Source: Opitutia bacterium KCR 482
Lineage (GTDB): Bacteria; Verrucomicrobiota; Verrucomicrobiia; Opitutales; Intestinicryptomonadaceae
Assembly (NCBI GenBank): GCA_029269845.2
Contig: CP149973.1
Coordinates: 1,740,001-1,772,000, forward strand
Reading direction: 5' to 3'
DNA length: 32,000 nucleotides
Shown here: piece by piece, positions 1 through 8,363 of the stretch
How positions within the stretch are numbered: the stretch's first letter is position 1
Layout of the letters: each line of letters starts with the position of its first letter
Notes under the pieces: generated by a model
What the model saw: the letters and a program-made list of their open reading frames with translations, nothing else
Told to the model about the DNA's origin: nothing
The model's database searches: none
Translations under genes and position numbers: made by a program

Positions 1-1125
1 CAGCTTGTGGGGCTTTGCGACGTAAACGCAACCGAAGGCCGCCAGTACTACGGCTACGGCAACAACGACCAGCGCGGCTTGCAGGTTGCCCGCAAAAACT
101 TCGGCATGGACATTCCATGCTACAACGACTTCCGCGAAGTCGTCGCCCGCAAGGATATTGACTTTATCATGTCGGCTACCCCCGACCATTGGCACGCGAT
201 AATCGCCCTTGCGTGCGTCGCGGCGGGCAAGGACGTCTACGGCGAAAAGCCCCTCACCCGAACAATCCGCGAGGGCAAGATTTTGCGCGATGCCGTGGAG
301 GCTTCGGGCATAATCTGGCAGACGGGCTCGTGGCAGCGTTCCATTCCCACGTTCGTGCGCGCGGCGGAAATCGTCAGGAACGGCTACTTGGGCAGAATAA
401 GCAAAATCGTAATCGGCCTTCCGTCGAATTTCAGGAGCGAAATCCTCAAACCCGTTCCCGTCCCGAAAGGCTTCGACTGGGAAATGTGGCAGGGCCCCGC
501 GCCGCGCTCGTCGTACTACAACCCGTGCAAGACGTTCACCCGCTGGCGCGGCATAATGAATTACAGCGCGGGCAAAATTGCCGACTGGGGCGCGCACCAC
601 CTCGACATCGCGCATTGGGCGATGGGCGTGGACGAATCGGGCCCGATTGAAATCCGTCCCAATTTCGTTGAATGGCCCAAAGACGGCTTCTCCGACCAGC
701 CCACAAAGTTCTCGATAACTTTCCGCTACAAGAACGGTGTGGAGGTCGAAATGTCCGACATGAACCGCAACGGCGTGGAATTCTTCGGCGAAAAGGGAAC
801 GCTTTTCGTCTCCCGCGCGACGATTGTCTCGAACCCGCTTTCGATTGCCGAAACGCGCATTCTGCCCACCGAGGACAGGCTCTTCCCCGTCCGCGCGGGC
901 AACCACTTCACGGCGTTTGTGGACAGCATTCTCGACAGGCGCAGGGCGGCGACCGACATCAACATTGCGCACCGCACAAACACGGGCTGCCTGCTGGGCG
1001 AAATCGCGTACAGGCTCAACCGCACAATCAAATGGAACCCCGACACGGAGGAGATTGTCGGCGACGACGAAGCCGCCCGCATGTGCGACCGCGCCTACTG
1101 CGCCCCGTGGGAACTCAAAGCGTAA
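1..1125 (+). CDS. Gfo/Idh/MocA family NAD(P)-dependent oxidoreductase (5' end outside window)
   Basis: The frame is open from the window edge. The N-terminal Rossmann GxGxxG segment is absent, so the track's GTG at 7 is probably internal. Family motifs are present: SATPDHWH, VYGEKPL (EKP motif) and GKIADWGAHHLD. TAA stop at 1123-1125. Confidence 0.85.
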   Translation, partial: QLVGLCDVNATEGRQYYGYGNNDQRGLQVARKNFGMDIPCYNDFREVVARKDIDFIMSATPDHWHAIIALACVAAGKDVYGEKPLTRTIREGKILRDAVEASGIIWQTGSWQRSIPTFVRAAEIVRNGYLGRISKIVIGLPSNFRSEILKPVPVPKGFDWEMWQGPAPRSSYYNPCKTFTRWRGIMNYSAGKIADWGAHHLDIAHWAMGVDESGPIEIRPNFVEWPKDGFSDQPTKFSITFRYKNGVEVEMSDMNRNGVEFFGEKGTLFVSRATIVSNPLSIAETRILPTEDRLFPVRAGNHFTAFVDSILDRRRAATDINIAHRTNTGCLLGEIAYRLNRTIKWNPDTEEIVGDDEAARMCDRAYCAPWELKA

Positions 1126-1140
1126 AAGGAGAATTTCGAC

Positions 1141-3276
1141 ATGAAAAAATTTGCATTTGTTTTCGCCGCGCCGCTGTTCGCGTGCGCGTCGCTGTTCGCC
1201 GACGCCTATGCCGACATGCAGTCGTACAAGGCGGGCGACAGCCTCTCGTGGTTCTACGAAATCCGCACGGAATCCCTGAAAAAGGGTTCAGCGAAATCGG
1301 TCGAGGCGAAAATCCTCGAAACCATTTCGGCAAAGGAAATCGACAACGCGGCGTTCGAAAGGGCGTGCGAAATCTTGAAGCCCATCGCCACGAAAAACTC
1401 CGTCCCGGTGCTCGCGAAGTTTTTGAACGACGATTTCCGCGCCCCGTGGGTGTGCTCGGTGTTCATCACGCTCGACTCTTCTTCGGTTGATTCCGCCCTC
1501 GCGGACTCTCTCGAAAAGGCCGACGAAAAATGCGCAATGACGGTTCTCTCGACGCTCGCCGCCCGCGGCTCGTCGAAGGGTCTCGACGCGCTCGAAAAAT
1601 ACGCGCAGTCGGACAACAAGAACCTCGCGCTGTTCGCGGTTTCGGCGATGGTAAAATACGAGGACGCCGTGAAGACGCTTTCGCGCATCGCAGATAAAAA
1701 CGACTTCCGCCGCGACGCCGCCCTCGACGCGCTTTCGCTCATAGCATACCGCGCGGCGAAATCGGGCGACAAGTCGCTCGCGACCGACGCGCTCGAAAGC
1801 GTCCCCGCCGACTACCCGATGTCAATCGGAGCGCGCGCTGAACTCGCAAAGAACCGCGTAAAGTATCTCGACTCAATCATAATTGCAGACGGCAAAAACG
1901 TCGCTCGCGCTGGCAGACTCATCTACAACGCGCGCAAATTCGCCGATTCCGAAGAAATAATCGCGGCGTTCCCCAAGCTTTCCAAAGAGGCAAAGCTTGC
2001 GGCGATGTCCACGTTCATGCTTTCGGGCGACACCCGCTTCTACCCGACAATCGCGCCGCTGCTCGATTCGAACGACCGCGACCTGCTCGACGAAGCCGTC
2101 TATGCCGCGCGCTTCATCTGCACCGACGAGGCGAACCTCCGCAAAATCTACGCGCTTGCACAGTCGAAGAACAAGATTCTGGCGTCGCACGCCCGCAACG
2201 TGTTGGAGGAAAATCCGAGTTTTGCGGCTGTCAGGGTTTTGAAGGACGCAGAATCGAAGGGCGACCTCTTCGCGCTCGAAATGCTCGTTATCAGGGGCGA
2301 CTTGGACGCGGCTAAGAAGCTCGAAACAAAATTCTTCGACGGCGGCTACAAAGACGCCAAGATTTCGCAGATGTACGAAAACCTCATCACATACGGCGAA
2401 CTTCCCAAGTTTGCGTCGCGCCTCAACGGGGCGGACGACGGCTTGCGCAAGGCAATCTGCAAAATTATCATCAAGAAACTCGCAAGAAACAAGGACAAGG
2501 ACTTCGTCGCCGAAACGGTCTACGAAGTGCTTTCGGGCAAAGTCCCCGCCGAGGACGAAAAATTCATAGCCTCCAAGCTCAGGGTAAAACCCCGCAAATT
2601 CAGGGAGGTTTGGCAGAAGGAATTCCGCGCCCGCGGCGTCGAGGACAAACTCATGAAAGTCGCCGAGGAGCGCGAGCCGAAAATCGACGCAAGCTTCGTT
2701 TCGCTCTTCGACGGCAAAACGCTCAACGGCTGGAAAACGACGACGGGCACGGCGTTCTACGGCGTCAAGGACGGCTGCATTTACGGCAAAGTCGTAGACC
2801 AGAAGAAAAAGGAAAATTCCTTCCTCATCACCGAGCGCGCCGACTACAAAAACTTCATCTTCACCTACGAATTCAAGTGGGAGGAACTCGGCAATTCGGG
2901 CGTGATTTTCAAGGGATACTTCGAAAAGCGCAAACGCCCCGACGGCAGCGAATACGACAGAGTCGTAGGCCCGCAGGCGGAAATGGACGAAAATCCGCGC
3001 CGCCGCTGGACGGGCGGCGTCTATAACGAAGGCGTGGCTTGGAAGTACTCGCTCTCGCGCGAGGATCAGGAACAGGCCCGCAACGCCCTCGACCTGCTCG
3101 GCTGGAATAGAATGACGATTAAATGCGACGGCGACAGAATGCAGACTTGGGTCAACGGCGTGCCGACCGCAGACTTCGAGTGGGAGGGCGTAAAGCCCGG
3201 CTTCATCGGCTTGCAAGTCCACTTCGGCAAGACGGGCGCGATACTCTGGCGCAACGTGAAAATAAAAGAGCTTTAA
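1141..3276 (+). CDS. Secreted HEAT-like repeat protein with C-terminal DUF1080 (3-keto-disaccharide hydrolase-like) domain
   Basis: ATG 1141 is preceded by AAGGAG (1126-1131). Signal peptide MKKFAFVFAAPLFACASLFADA. About 500 aa of Ala/Leu-rich helical repeats follow. The last ~200 aa fit the DUF1080 pattern (FVSLFDGKTLNGW, NSGVIF, GFIGLQVH, ILWRNVKIKEL). Confidence 0.75.
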   Translation: MKKFAFVFAAPLFACASLFADAYADMQSYKAGDSLSWFYEIRTESLKKGSAKSVEAKILETISAKEIDNAAFERACEILKPIATKNSVPVLAKFLNDDFRAPWVCSVFITLDSSSVDSALADSLEKADEKCAMTVLSTLAARGSSKGLDALEKYAQSDNKNLALFAVSAMVKYEDAVKTLSRIADKNDFRRDAALDALSLIAYRAAKSGDKSLATDALESVPADYPMSIGARAELAKNRVKYLDSIIIADGKNVARAGRLIYNARKFADSEEIIAAFPKLSKEAKLAAMSTFMLSGDTRFYPTIAPLLDSNDRDLLDEAVYAARFICTDEANLRKIYALAQSKNKILASHARNVLEENPSFAAVRVLKDAESKGDLFALEMLVIRGDLDAAKKLETKFFDGGYKDAKISQMYENLITYGELPKFASRLNGADDGLRKAICKIIIKKLARNKDKDFVAETVYEVLSGKVPAEDEKFIASKLRVKPRKFREVWQKEFRARGVEDKLMKVAEEREPKIDASFVSLFDGKTLNGWKTTTGTAFYGVKDGCIYGKVVDQKKKENSFLITERADYKNFIFTYEFKWEELGNSGVIFKGYFEKRKRPDGSEYDRVVGPQAEMDENPRRRWTGGVYNEGVAWKYSLSREDQEQARNALDLLGWNRMTIKCDGDRMQTWVNGVPTADFEWEGVKPGFIGLQVHFGKTGAILWRNVKIKEL

Positions 3277-3295
3277 TTTTGCGAAATTTCAAACG

Positions 3296-3329
3296 GCGGT
3301 TTCGGGCAATCCCCGAAGCCGCTTTTTTT
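3296..3329 (+). terminator. Rho-independent terminator after the DUF1080 gene
   Basis: Stem GCGGTTTCGGG / CCCGAAGCCGC (one G-T wobble), 5-nt loop CAATC, then a T7 run at 3323-3329. Confidence 0.6.
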
Positions 3330-3410
3330 GCGCCCCAACTTGACTGTAAAGTAAACAAAGGGGGCGTTTTTTATCGACAAATTCGGCGCGCCTTTTTTAA
3401 CTTGCGGGTC

Positions 3411-5429
3411 ATGAGAATGAAAATATATGCACTGGGAATTTCCGCGCTGCTCGCTTTTGCGGCGCAGGCGCGGGCGGAGACGTATTCGGTTAAATCGCCC
3501 GACGGAAGAATAGAGGCGTCGGTGGACGACGGCGCGGGGCTGTCGTTTTCGCTCAAAGCCGACGGAAAGGTTCTGCTTGAAAAATGCGCAATCGGCATGG
3601 ATACCGACAGGGGCTTTCTCGGTCGGGACGCCGTGGCGCAATCGCAAAAACTTTCCTCGCACAAGGGGACGCTTGAGCCCGTGTTCGGCACGCGCAAAAC
3701 CGTCGCCGACGAGTACAACCAGCTGGAGCTCGGCTTCAAAAATTTCAAGCTGCTCGTGAGGGTCTACGACGAAGCCGCCGCCTACCGCTTCGCGACCGAC
3801 TTCGACGGAGAGCTTGTCGTGAACGGCGAACTTCTCGAACTTTCGTCGGTAGCCGATTCCGACAACACAATTGCGCACGTCGTGCAGGCTGACAAAACAT
3901 CGTTCGAAAGACGCTTTCTGCGCCAGCCCGCCGCCGCGCTCAAAAAACAGCACAGCGCGTCGCTGCCGTTCTTCTTCGAAAAGTCGGGCATGAAAGTTGC
4001 GGTTGTGGAGTCGGCGTGGTTTGACTACCCCGGAATGAGAATTTCGTATCCAGCCGACGCAAAGTCGCCCAAGGCGTATTTCACAAAGTGCCCTAAAAAG
4101 CTCGGCTTCGCCTACAAGGGAAAGGTCGGCGGCGCGGAGTACGACGGCATGTACGTCGTCAAGGAAACGGAGGACTTCATCGCGAAAACTTCGGGGGCGC
4201 GCGCGTTCCCGTGGCGCGGCTTCGTCGTCGGCAGAACCGACGCCGATTTTGCCGACAACGACACCGTCTACAAACTCGCCGAGCCGTCGCGCGTCGCCGA
4301 CACGTCGTGGATTAAAATCGGCACTTCCGTTTGGGACTGGTGGGTAGACTGGAACATAGAAAACGTCGATTTCGAACTCGGCGTAAACGAGCAGACCTAC
4401 CGCCACTACATCGACTTCGCCGCCGCAAACGGAATCCCGTTCCTGACGATAGACGCGGGCTGGCACGTCGGGCGCGGCTCCGAATCCAAGCCCGTCTACA
4501 ACGATACCGCGCACTTCGTCAACGGCAAGCCCTATCTCGACGTTCCCGCGGTCGTAAAATACGCGAACTCGAAGGGCGTTAAAGTCGTCATCTGGATTTA
4601 CAGCAAGGTTGCCTTCGACGAACCCGAAAAGGCTCTCGACCTCTACAAAAGCTGGGGCGTCTACGGGCTGAAAATCGACTTCAACGACCGCGACGACCAG
4701 TGGCTTATCCGCCATTTCGAAAATATCACGCGCCTCGCCGCCGAGCGCAAAATGGTCATCGACTGGCACGGCTGCCCCGCGCCGTCGGGCTTCCAGCGCA
4801 CATACCCGAACGCCGTGAACTTCGAGGCGGTCTACGGCGGCGAAGTCAACAAGTGGTCGCCCGCCATTACGCCATCGCACAACATCGACCTCGTGTTCAC
4901 CCGCATGCTGTTAGGTTCGATGGACTACACTTCGGGCGGAATGCGCAACCGCGCCAAGGGCGACTGGTATCTTTCGCGCGGAATGCCCGCGGTCAACGGC
5001 ACGCGCGCGCACATGGCGGCGCACTCGGTGCTGTTCTTCGAGCCGCTTAAAATGATAAGCGACATGCCCAGCGAGTACGAAAAAGAGCCGGAAATCCTCC
5101 GCTTCCTCGCGGGCGTTCCGACCTCTTGGGACGAAACGAAAGTTCTCGGCGGCAAGATGGGCGAATACGTCGTCGTCGCCCGACGCAAGGGCGACGTTTG
5201 GTACGTCGGCGGCATGGCGGATTGGAACGGCAAAAAGTTCGAGCTTGACCTGTCGAAAATCATCGGCGCGGGCAAATACAAGGCGGAGCTGATACGCGAC
5301 GCCCGCAACAGCGGACGCATCGCAACAGACTACAAATACGAAACGAAAACCGTAAAACATTCCGACAAGCTCGCAATCGAAATGAAGAGCGGCGGCGGCT
5401 TCGCCCTCAAACTCATTCCCATTAAATAG
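3411..5429 (+). CDS. Glycoside hydrolase family 97 (alpha-glucosidase-like), secreted
   Basis: The track ORF starts at 3123 and reads through the terminator. The credible start is ATG 3411 (or 3417), giving signal peptide MRMKIYALGISALLAFAAQARA. GH97-type blocks are present: N-terminal SPDGRIE beta-sandwich segment, IDAGW, GLKIDF, DWHGCPAPSGFQRTYPNAVNFEAVYGGE. Confidence 0.85.
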   Translation: MRMKIYALGISALLAFAAQARAETYSVKSPDGRIEASVDDGAGLSFSLKADGKVLLEKCAIGMDTDRGFLGRDAVAQSQKLSSHKGTLEPVFGTRKTVADEYNQLELGFKNFKLLVRVYDEAAAYRFATDFDGELVVNGELLELSSVADSDNTIAHVVQADKTSFERRFLRQPAAALKKQHSASLPFFFEKSGMKVAVVESAWFDYPGMRISYPADAKSPKAYFTKCPKKLGFAYKGKVGGAEYDGMYVVKETEDFIAKTSGARAFPWRGFVVGRTDADFADNDTVYKLAEPSRVADTSWIKIGTSVWDWWVDWNIENVDFELGVNEQTYRHYIDFAAANGIPFLTIDAGWHVGRGSESKPVYNDTAHFVNGKPYLDVPAVVKYANSKGVKVVIWIYSKVAFDEPEKALDLYKSWGVYGLKIDFNDRDDQWLIRHFENITRLAAERKMVIDWHGCPAPSGFQRTYPNAVNFEAVYGGEVNKWSPAITPSHNIDLVFTRMLLGSMDYTSGGMRNRAKGDWYLSRGMPAVNGTRAHMAAHSVLFFEPLKMISDMPSEYEKEPEILRFLAGVPTSWDETKVLGGKMGEYVVVARRKGDVWYVGGMADWNGKKFELDLSKIIGAGKYKAELIRDARNSGRIATDYKYETKTVKHSDKLAIEMKSGGGFALKLIPIK

Positions 5430-5451
5430 CGCAGAATTGCAAAAAATCCGA

Positions 5452-5483
5452 ACGCCGAAGCCGAAACGCTTCGGCGTTTTTTT
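5452..5483 (+). terminator. Rho-independent terminator after GH97 copy 1
   Basis: Perfect 9-bp stem CGCCGAAGC / GCTTCGGCG, loop CGAAAC, then a T7 run at 5477-5483. Confidence 0.7.
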
Positions 5484-5540
5484 GCGCGCTTTAAAAATAT
5501 TTGACCTCACGAAACCGATTTGCTAAACAGACCGTTAATT

Positions 5541-7577
5541 ATGAAAGAAAAAATCATTTCGCTTCTAATCGCATGTTCGTCGCTTTTTGCGCCGCAACTC
5601 TTTGCGGAAACTTTCACGGTAAAATCGCCCGACGGCAAATTGCAGGCGGTCGTAAACGACGGCTCGCAACTCACGCTTTCGGTGTCCGCCGACGGCAAAA
5701 CAGTTCTCGCGCCGTTTGCAATCGGCATGAAGACCGACAGGGCCGACTTCGGTAAAAACGTCAAGGCAAAAGGCTCGGCATCGTCGTCCTACAAGGGCGA
5801 AATCGCGGCGACCTACGGAATCCGCAGCAAAATCGAAGACAACTACAACCAGACGGAAATCGATTTCGACAAATACAAGCTCGTAGTCCGCGCCTACAAC
5901 GAGGCAATCGCATACCGCTTCGCGTCGGACTTCGACGGCGAAATCACCGTTTTCTCCGAAACGCTCGACCTTCCCCTTTCTGTTGACGACAAAATCATAG
6001 GGCACGCGGTCAACGGCGTTCAGGACTCCTTCGAACGCTTCTTCCTCCGCGAATCCGTCGCCGACATGAAAAAACACCACTCGTACAGCCTGCCGTTCCT
6101 CGCGCAGAAAAACGGCTACACCGTCGCTGTGGTGGACTCCGACGTGTTCGACTACCCCGCGCTCCGCTTCGCCGCGTCGTCCGACTCCAAGCCCGAGGCG
6201 TGGTTCTCGAAAGCCCCCAAGACTTTCAAGCAAAGAAACAAGTTCACCCGCACCGTAGACCAGTCTTTCGACTACATTGCAAAGACCAAGGGCAAGCGCA
6301 GCTTCCCGTGGCGCGGCTTCATCGTGGCGCGCAAAGACATCGACCTTGCCGACAACGACACCGTCTACAAGCTCGCCGAACCGTCGCGCCTTGCCGACAC
6401 TTCGTGGATTAAGCCCGGCACCTGCGCGTGGGAATGGTGGAGCGACTGCCAGCTTGAAGGCGCGGGCTTTGTCGGCGGCGTCAACGAACAGATATACCGC
6501 TATTACGCCGACTTCGCCGCCGAAAACAACATTCCCTACATTCTCCTCGACGCCGGCTGGCTCACGGGCGTCGACGTCAGCGAAATGAAGGACGGCATCG
6601 ACGAAGCCCTCATCAGCGGCAAGACCGCAATCGACGTTCCCGGAATCATAAAGTATGCGCACTCGAAAGGCGTAAAAGTTCTCCTTTGGTGTCTCGGGCA
6701 GTCGATGGACAAGTACGGCGAAAAGGCGTTTCCTCTCATGGCCTCGTGGGGCGCGGACGGCGTTAAAATCGACTTCATCGACCGAGACGACCAGCAGGCG
6801 CAGGGCTTTTACGAACGCATGGCGCGTCTCGCCGCCGAAAACAAAATGGTTGTCGACTTCCACGGCTGCGCAAAGCCCGCGGGCATTCAGCGCACCTATC
6901 CGAACGTCGTGAATTTCGAGGCAGTCCGCGGCTGCGAGTTCAACAAATTCTCAGAGGGGCTCGAACCCTCGCACAACATCGACCTCGTGTTCACCCGCAT
7001 GCTGCAAGGCCCGATGGACTACACCCCCGGAGCGCTCGACAACGTTTCGAAAAAGAATTTCAGAAAGTCGTTCTCGTTCCCGCAGATGAAGGGCACGCGC
7101 TCGCAGATGGCGGCGATGTACGTCCTCTTCTACGCGCCCGTGCAGATGCTCTGCGACTCGGCGAGCGAGTACAAAAAATACCCCGACATTCTCCACTTCA
7201 TCGCAAACGCCCCCACCACTTGGGACGACACAAAAGCCCTCGAAGGCAAAATCGGCGAGTACGTTGTAGTCGCCCGCCGCAAGGGCGATTCGTGGTACAT
7301 CGGCGGCATGTCCGACTGGAAGGGCAGGACGGTCGAAATCGACCTCTCGCAAATCCTCGAATCCGACACCGACTACAAGGCGGAAATTATCCGCGACTCC
7401 GTCAATTCCGACAGACTCCCGCGCGACTACAAGCGCGAAGTCAAGGAGGTCAATTCCGAATCTCGCATGAAGATTGAAATGAAGAGCGGCGGCGGTTTCG
7501 CAATCAAGCTCACCCCCAAGCGCATTCCCATAATCGACGACATCATCAAGTTCTTTACGGACGATTCGGAAGACTAA
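5541..7577 (+). CDS. Glycoside hydrolase family 97 paralogue, secreted
   Basis: The track start (TTG 5520) is less likely than ATG 5541, which gives signal peptide MKEKIISLLIACSSLFAPQLFA. It is collinear with the upstream GH97 (roughly half the residues identical by eye). Blocks: LDAGW, GVKIDF, DFHGCAKPAGIQRTYPNVVNFEAVRGCE. Confidence 0.85.
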   Translation: MKEKIISLLIACSSLFAPQLFAETFTVKSPDGKLQAVVNDGSQLTLSVSADGKTVLAPFAIGMKTDRADFGKNVKAKGSASSSYKGEIAATYGIRSKIEDNYNQTEIDFDKYKLVVRAYNEAIAYRFASDFDGEITVFSETLDLPLSVDDKIIGHAVNGVQDSFERFFLRESVADMKKHHSYSLPFLAQKNGYTVAVVDSDVFDYPALRFAASSDSKPEAWFSKAPKTFKQRNKFTRTVDQSFDYIAKTKGKRSFPWRGFIVARKDIDLADNDTVYKLAEPSRLADTSWIKPGTCAWEWWSDCQLEGAGFVGGVNEQIYRYYADFAAENNIPYILLDAGWLTGVDVSEMKDGIDEALISGKTAIDVPGIIKYAHSKGVKVLLWCLGQSMDKYGEKAFPLMASWGADGVKIDFIDRDDQQAQGFYERMARLAAENKMVVDFHGCAKPAGIQRTYPNVVNFEAVRGCEFNKFSEGLEPSHNIDLVFTRMLQGPMDYTPGALDNVSKKNFRKSFSFPQMKGTRSQMAAMYVLFYAPVQMLCDSASEYKKYPDILHFIANAPTTWDDTKALEGKIGEYVVVARRKGDSWYIGGMSDWKGRTVEIDLSQILESDTDYKAEIIRDSVNSDRLPRDYKREVKEVNSESRMKIEMKSGGGFAIKLTPKRIPIIDDIIKFFTDDSED

Positions 7578-7595
7578 TTTTTCCGCATAATGCGA

Positions 7596-7625
7596 TCGGC
7601 GGCGAATCCGTCGAACGCTTTTTTT
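7596..7625 (+). terminator. Possible terminator after GH97 copy 2
   Basis: 7-bp stem TCGGCGG / CCGTCGA (one G-T), loop CGAAT, 4-nt spacer, then a T7 run at 7619-7625. Confidence 0.4.
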
Positions 7626-7666
7626 GCGCCGAAAGCGGAGACGACGCGCAAAAAGGCAATTTATGC

Positions 7667-7695
7667 TTGAAAGTTTATTCCGATGTCGTTAACTT
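7667..7695 (+). promoter_or_regulatory. Sigma-70-like promoter candidate for the H1-like gene
   Basis: TTGAAA (7667-7672), 17 nt, TAACTT (7690-7695), about 35 nt upstream of ATG 7731. It follows an ATGCTTG motif shared with other promoter-like sites. Confidence 0.3.
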
Positions 7696-7730
7696 AGGGG
7701 AAATTTAAAAGACTTTTCTTAAACACAACT

Positions 7731-8171
7731 ATGAAAAAAAATACAGCAAAGAAGAGTGCGGCTCCCAAAAAGCCCGTAAAAAAGGCGGCGGCTTCCAATG
7801 CGGCTCCCAAGGCGGCGGCTAAAAAAGCTCCCGTAAAAAAAGCTCCCGCGGCGAAGAAAGCGCCCGCGGTGAAGAAAGCACCCGCGGCAAAAAAAGCCCC
7901 CGAAAAGAAATGCGCGTGCGCCTCTAAAAAGGCGGCGGGCAAAAAAGCGTGCGACTGCAAGGGCAAGGAAGCTCCGTGCTTCGGCTCGCTCATCTCGGAA
8001 GTGTTCTCGCAGTTGCAGGATACCGACAACCTTTCGACCCTCATGAAAGACTATTTCTTCACGGAACTGCTCAAACGCGGTATCGAAGAAAACACGGCAA
8101 ACACCCTCGCCAACAAGCTCGACGTCCAAATCGAAAGCTTCGAAGCGAACATCGACTTCGCCGAAGACTAA
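7731..8171 (+). CDS. Lys/Ala-rich histone-H1-like basic protein with Cys cluster and acidic C-terminal domain
   Basis: 146-aa ORF. The N-terminal ~65 aa are (A/P)KKAP-type repeats, followed by CACASKKAAGKKACDCKGKEAPC and an acidic helical tail. It is bracketed by a promoter-like site and a terminator, so it looks monocistronic. Confidence 0.65.
   Translation: MKKNTAKKSAAPKKPVKKAAASNAAPKAAAKKAPVKKAPAAKKAPAVKKAPAAKKAPEKKCACASKKAAGKKACDCKGKEAPCFGSLISEVFSQLQDTDNLSTLMKDYFFTELLKRGIEENTANTLANKLDVQIESFEANIDFAED
7818..7910 (+). repeat. In-frame ~18-nt tandem repeats encoding KKAPAx units
   Basis: Direct reading shows AAG/AAA-AAA-GCN-CCC-GCG-GNN repeated about 5 times (KKAPV, KKAPAA, KKAPAV, KKAPAA, KKAPEK). 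Confidence 0.6.
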
Positions 8172-8197
8172 TTCCCTTTCGCGAAAATCTTTCACAG

Positions 8198-8228
8198 CCC
8201 GCGCGCGCGTTCACGCCGCGGGTTTTTT
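8198..8228 (+). terminator. Rho-independent terminator after the H1-like gene
   Basis: GC stem CCCGCG / CGCGGG (8198-8203 / 8217-8222) followed by a T6 run at 8223-8228. Confidence 0.55.
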
Positions 8229-8363
8229 GCGTCCGCATTTCCCGCATGCCGCCGCTTTTTGCGTAGCTTCTTCCCGCGTGATTGCGGCGGTTTTTTGCGT
8301 TTTTTCGCCCGCCGAAATATTGTTGCGATTTTCAAAAGTATGCTTTCTAATCGTCTCCGTATT

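Noticed and set aside
3123-3410. N-terminal extensions of track ORFs: 3123 for GH97a, 8259 for DegT, 10922 for KdsD, 14489 for the basic protein, 30131 for AcnA, and 25086/18614/5520 with TTG starts.
   Set aside because: The extensions run through terminator hairpins or overlap the upstream gene, and they translate to Arg-rich nonsense. Internal ATGs give homologue-like N-termini, signal peptides or SD sequences.
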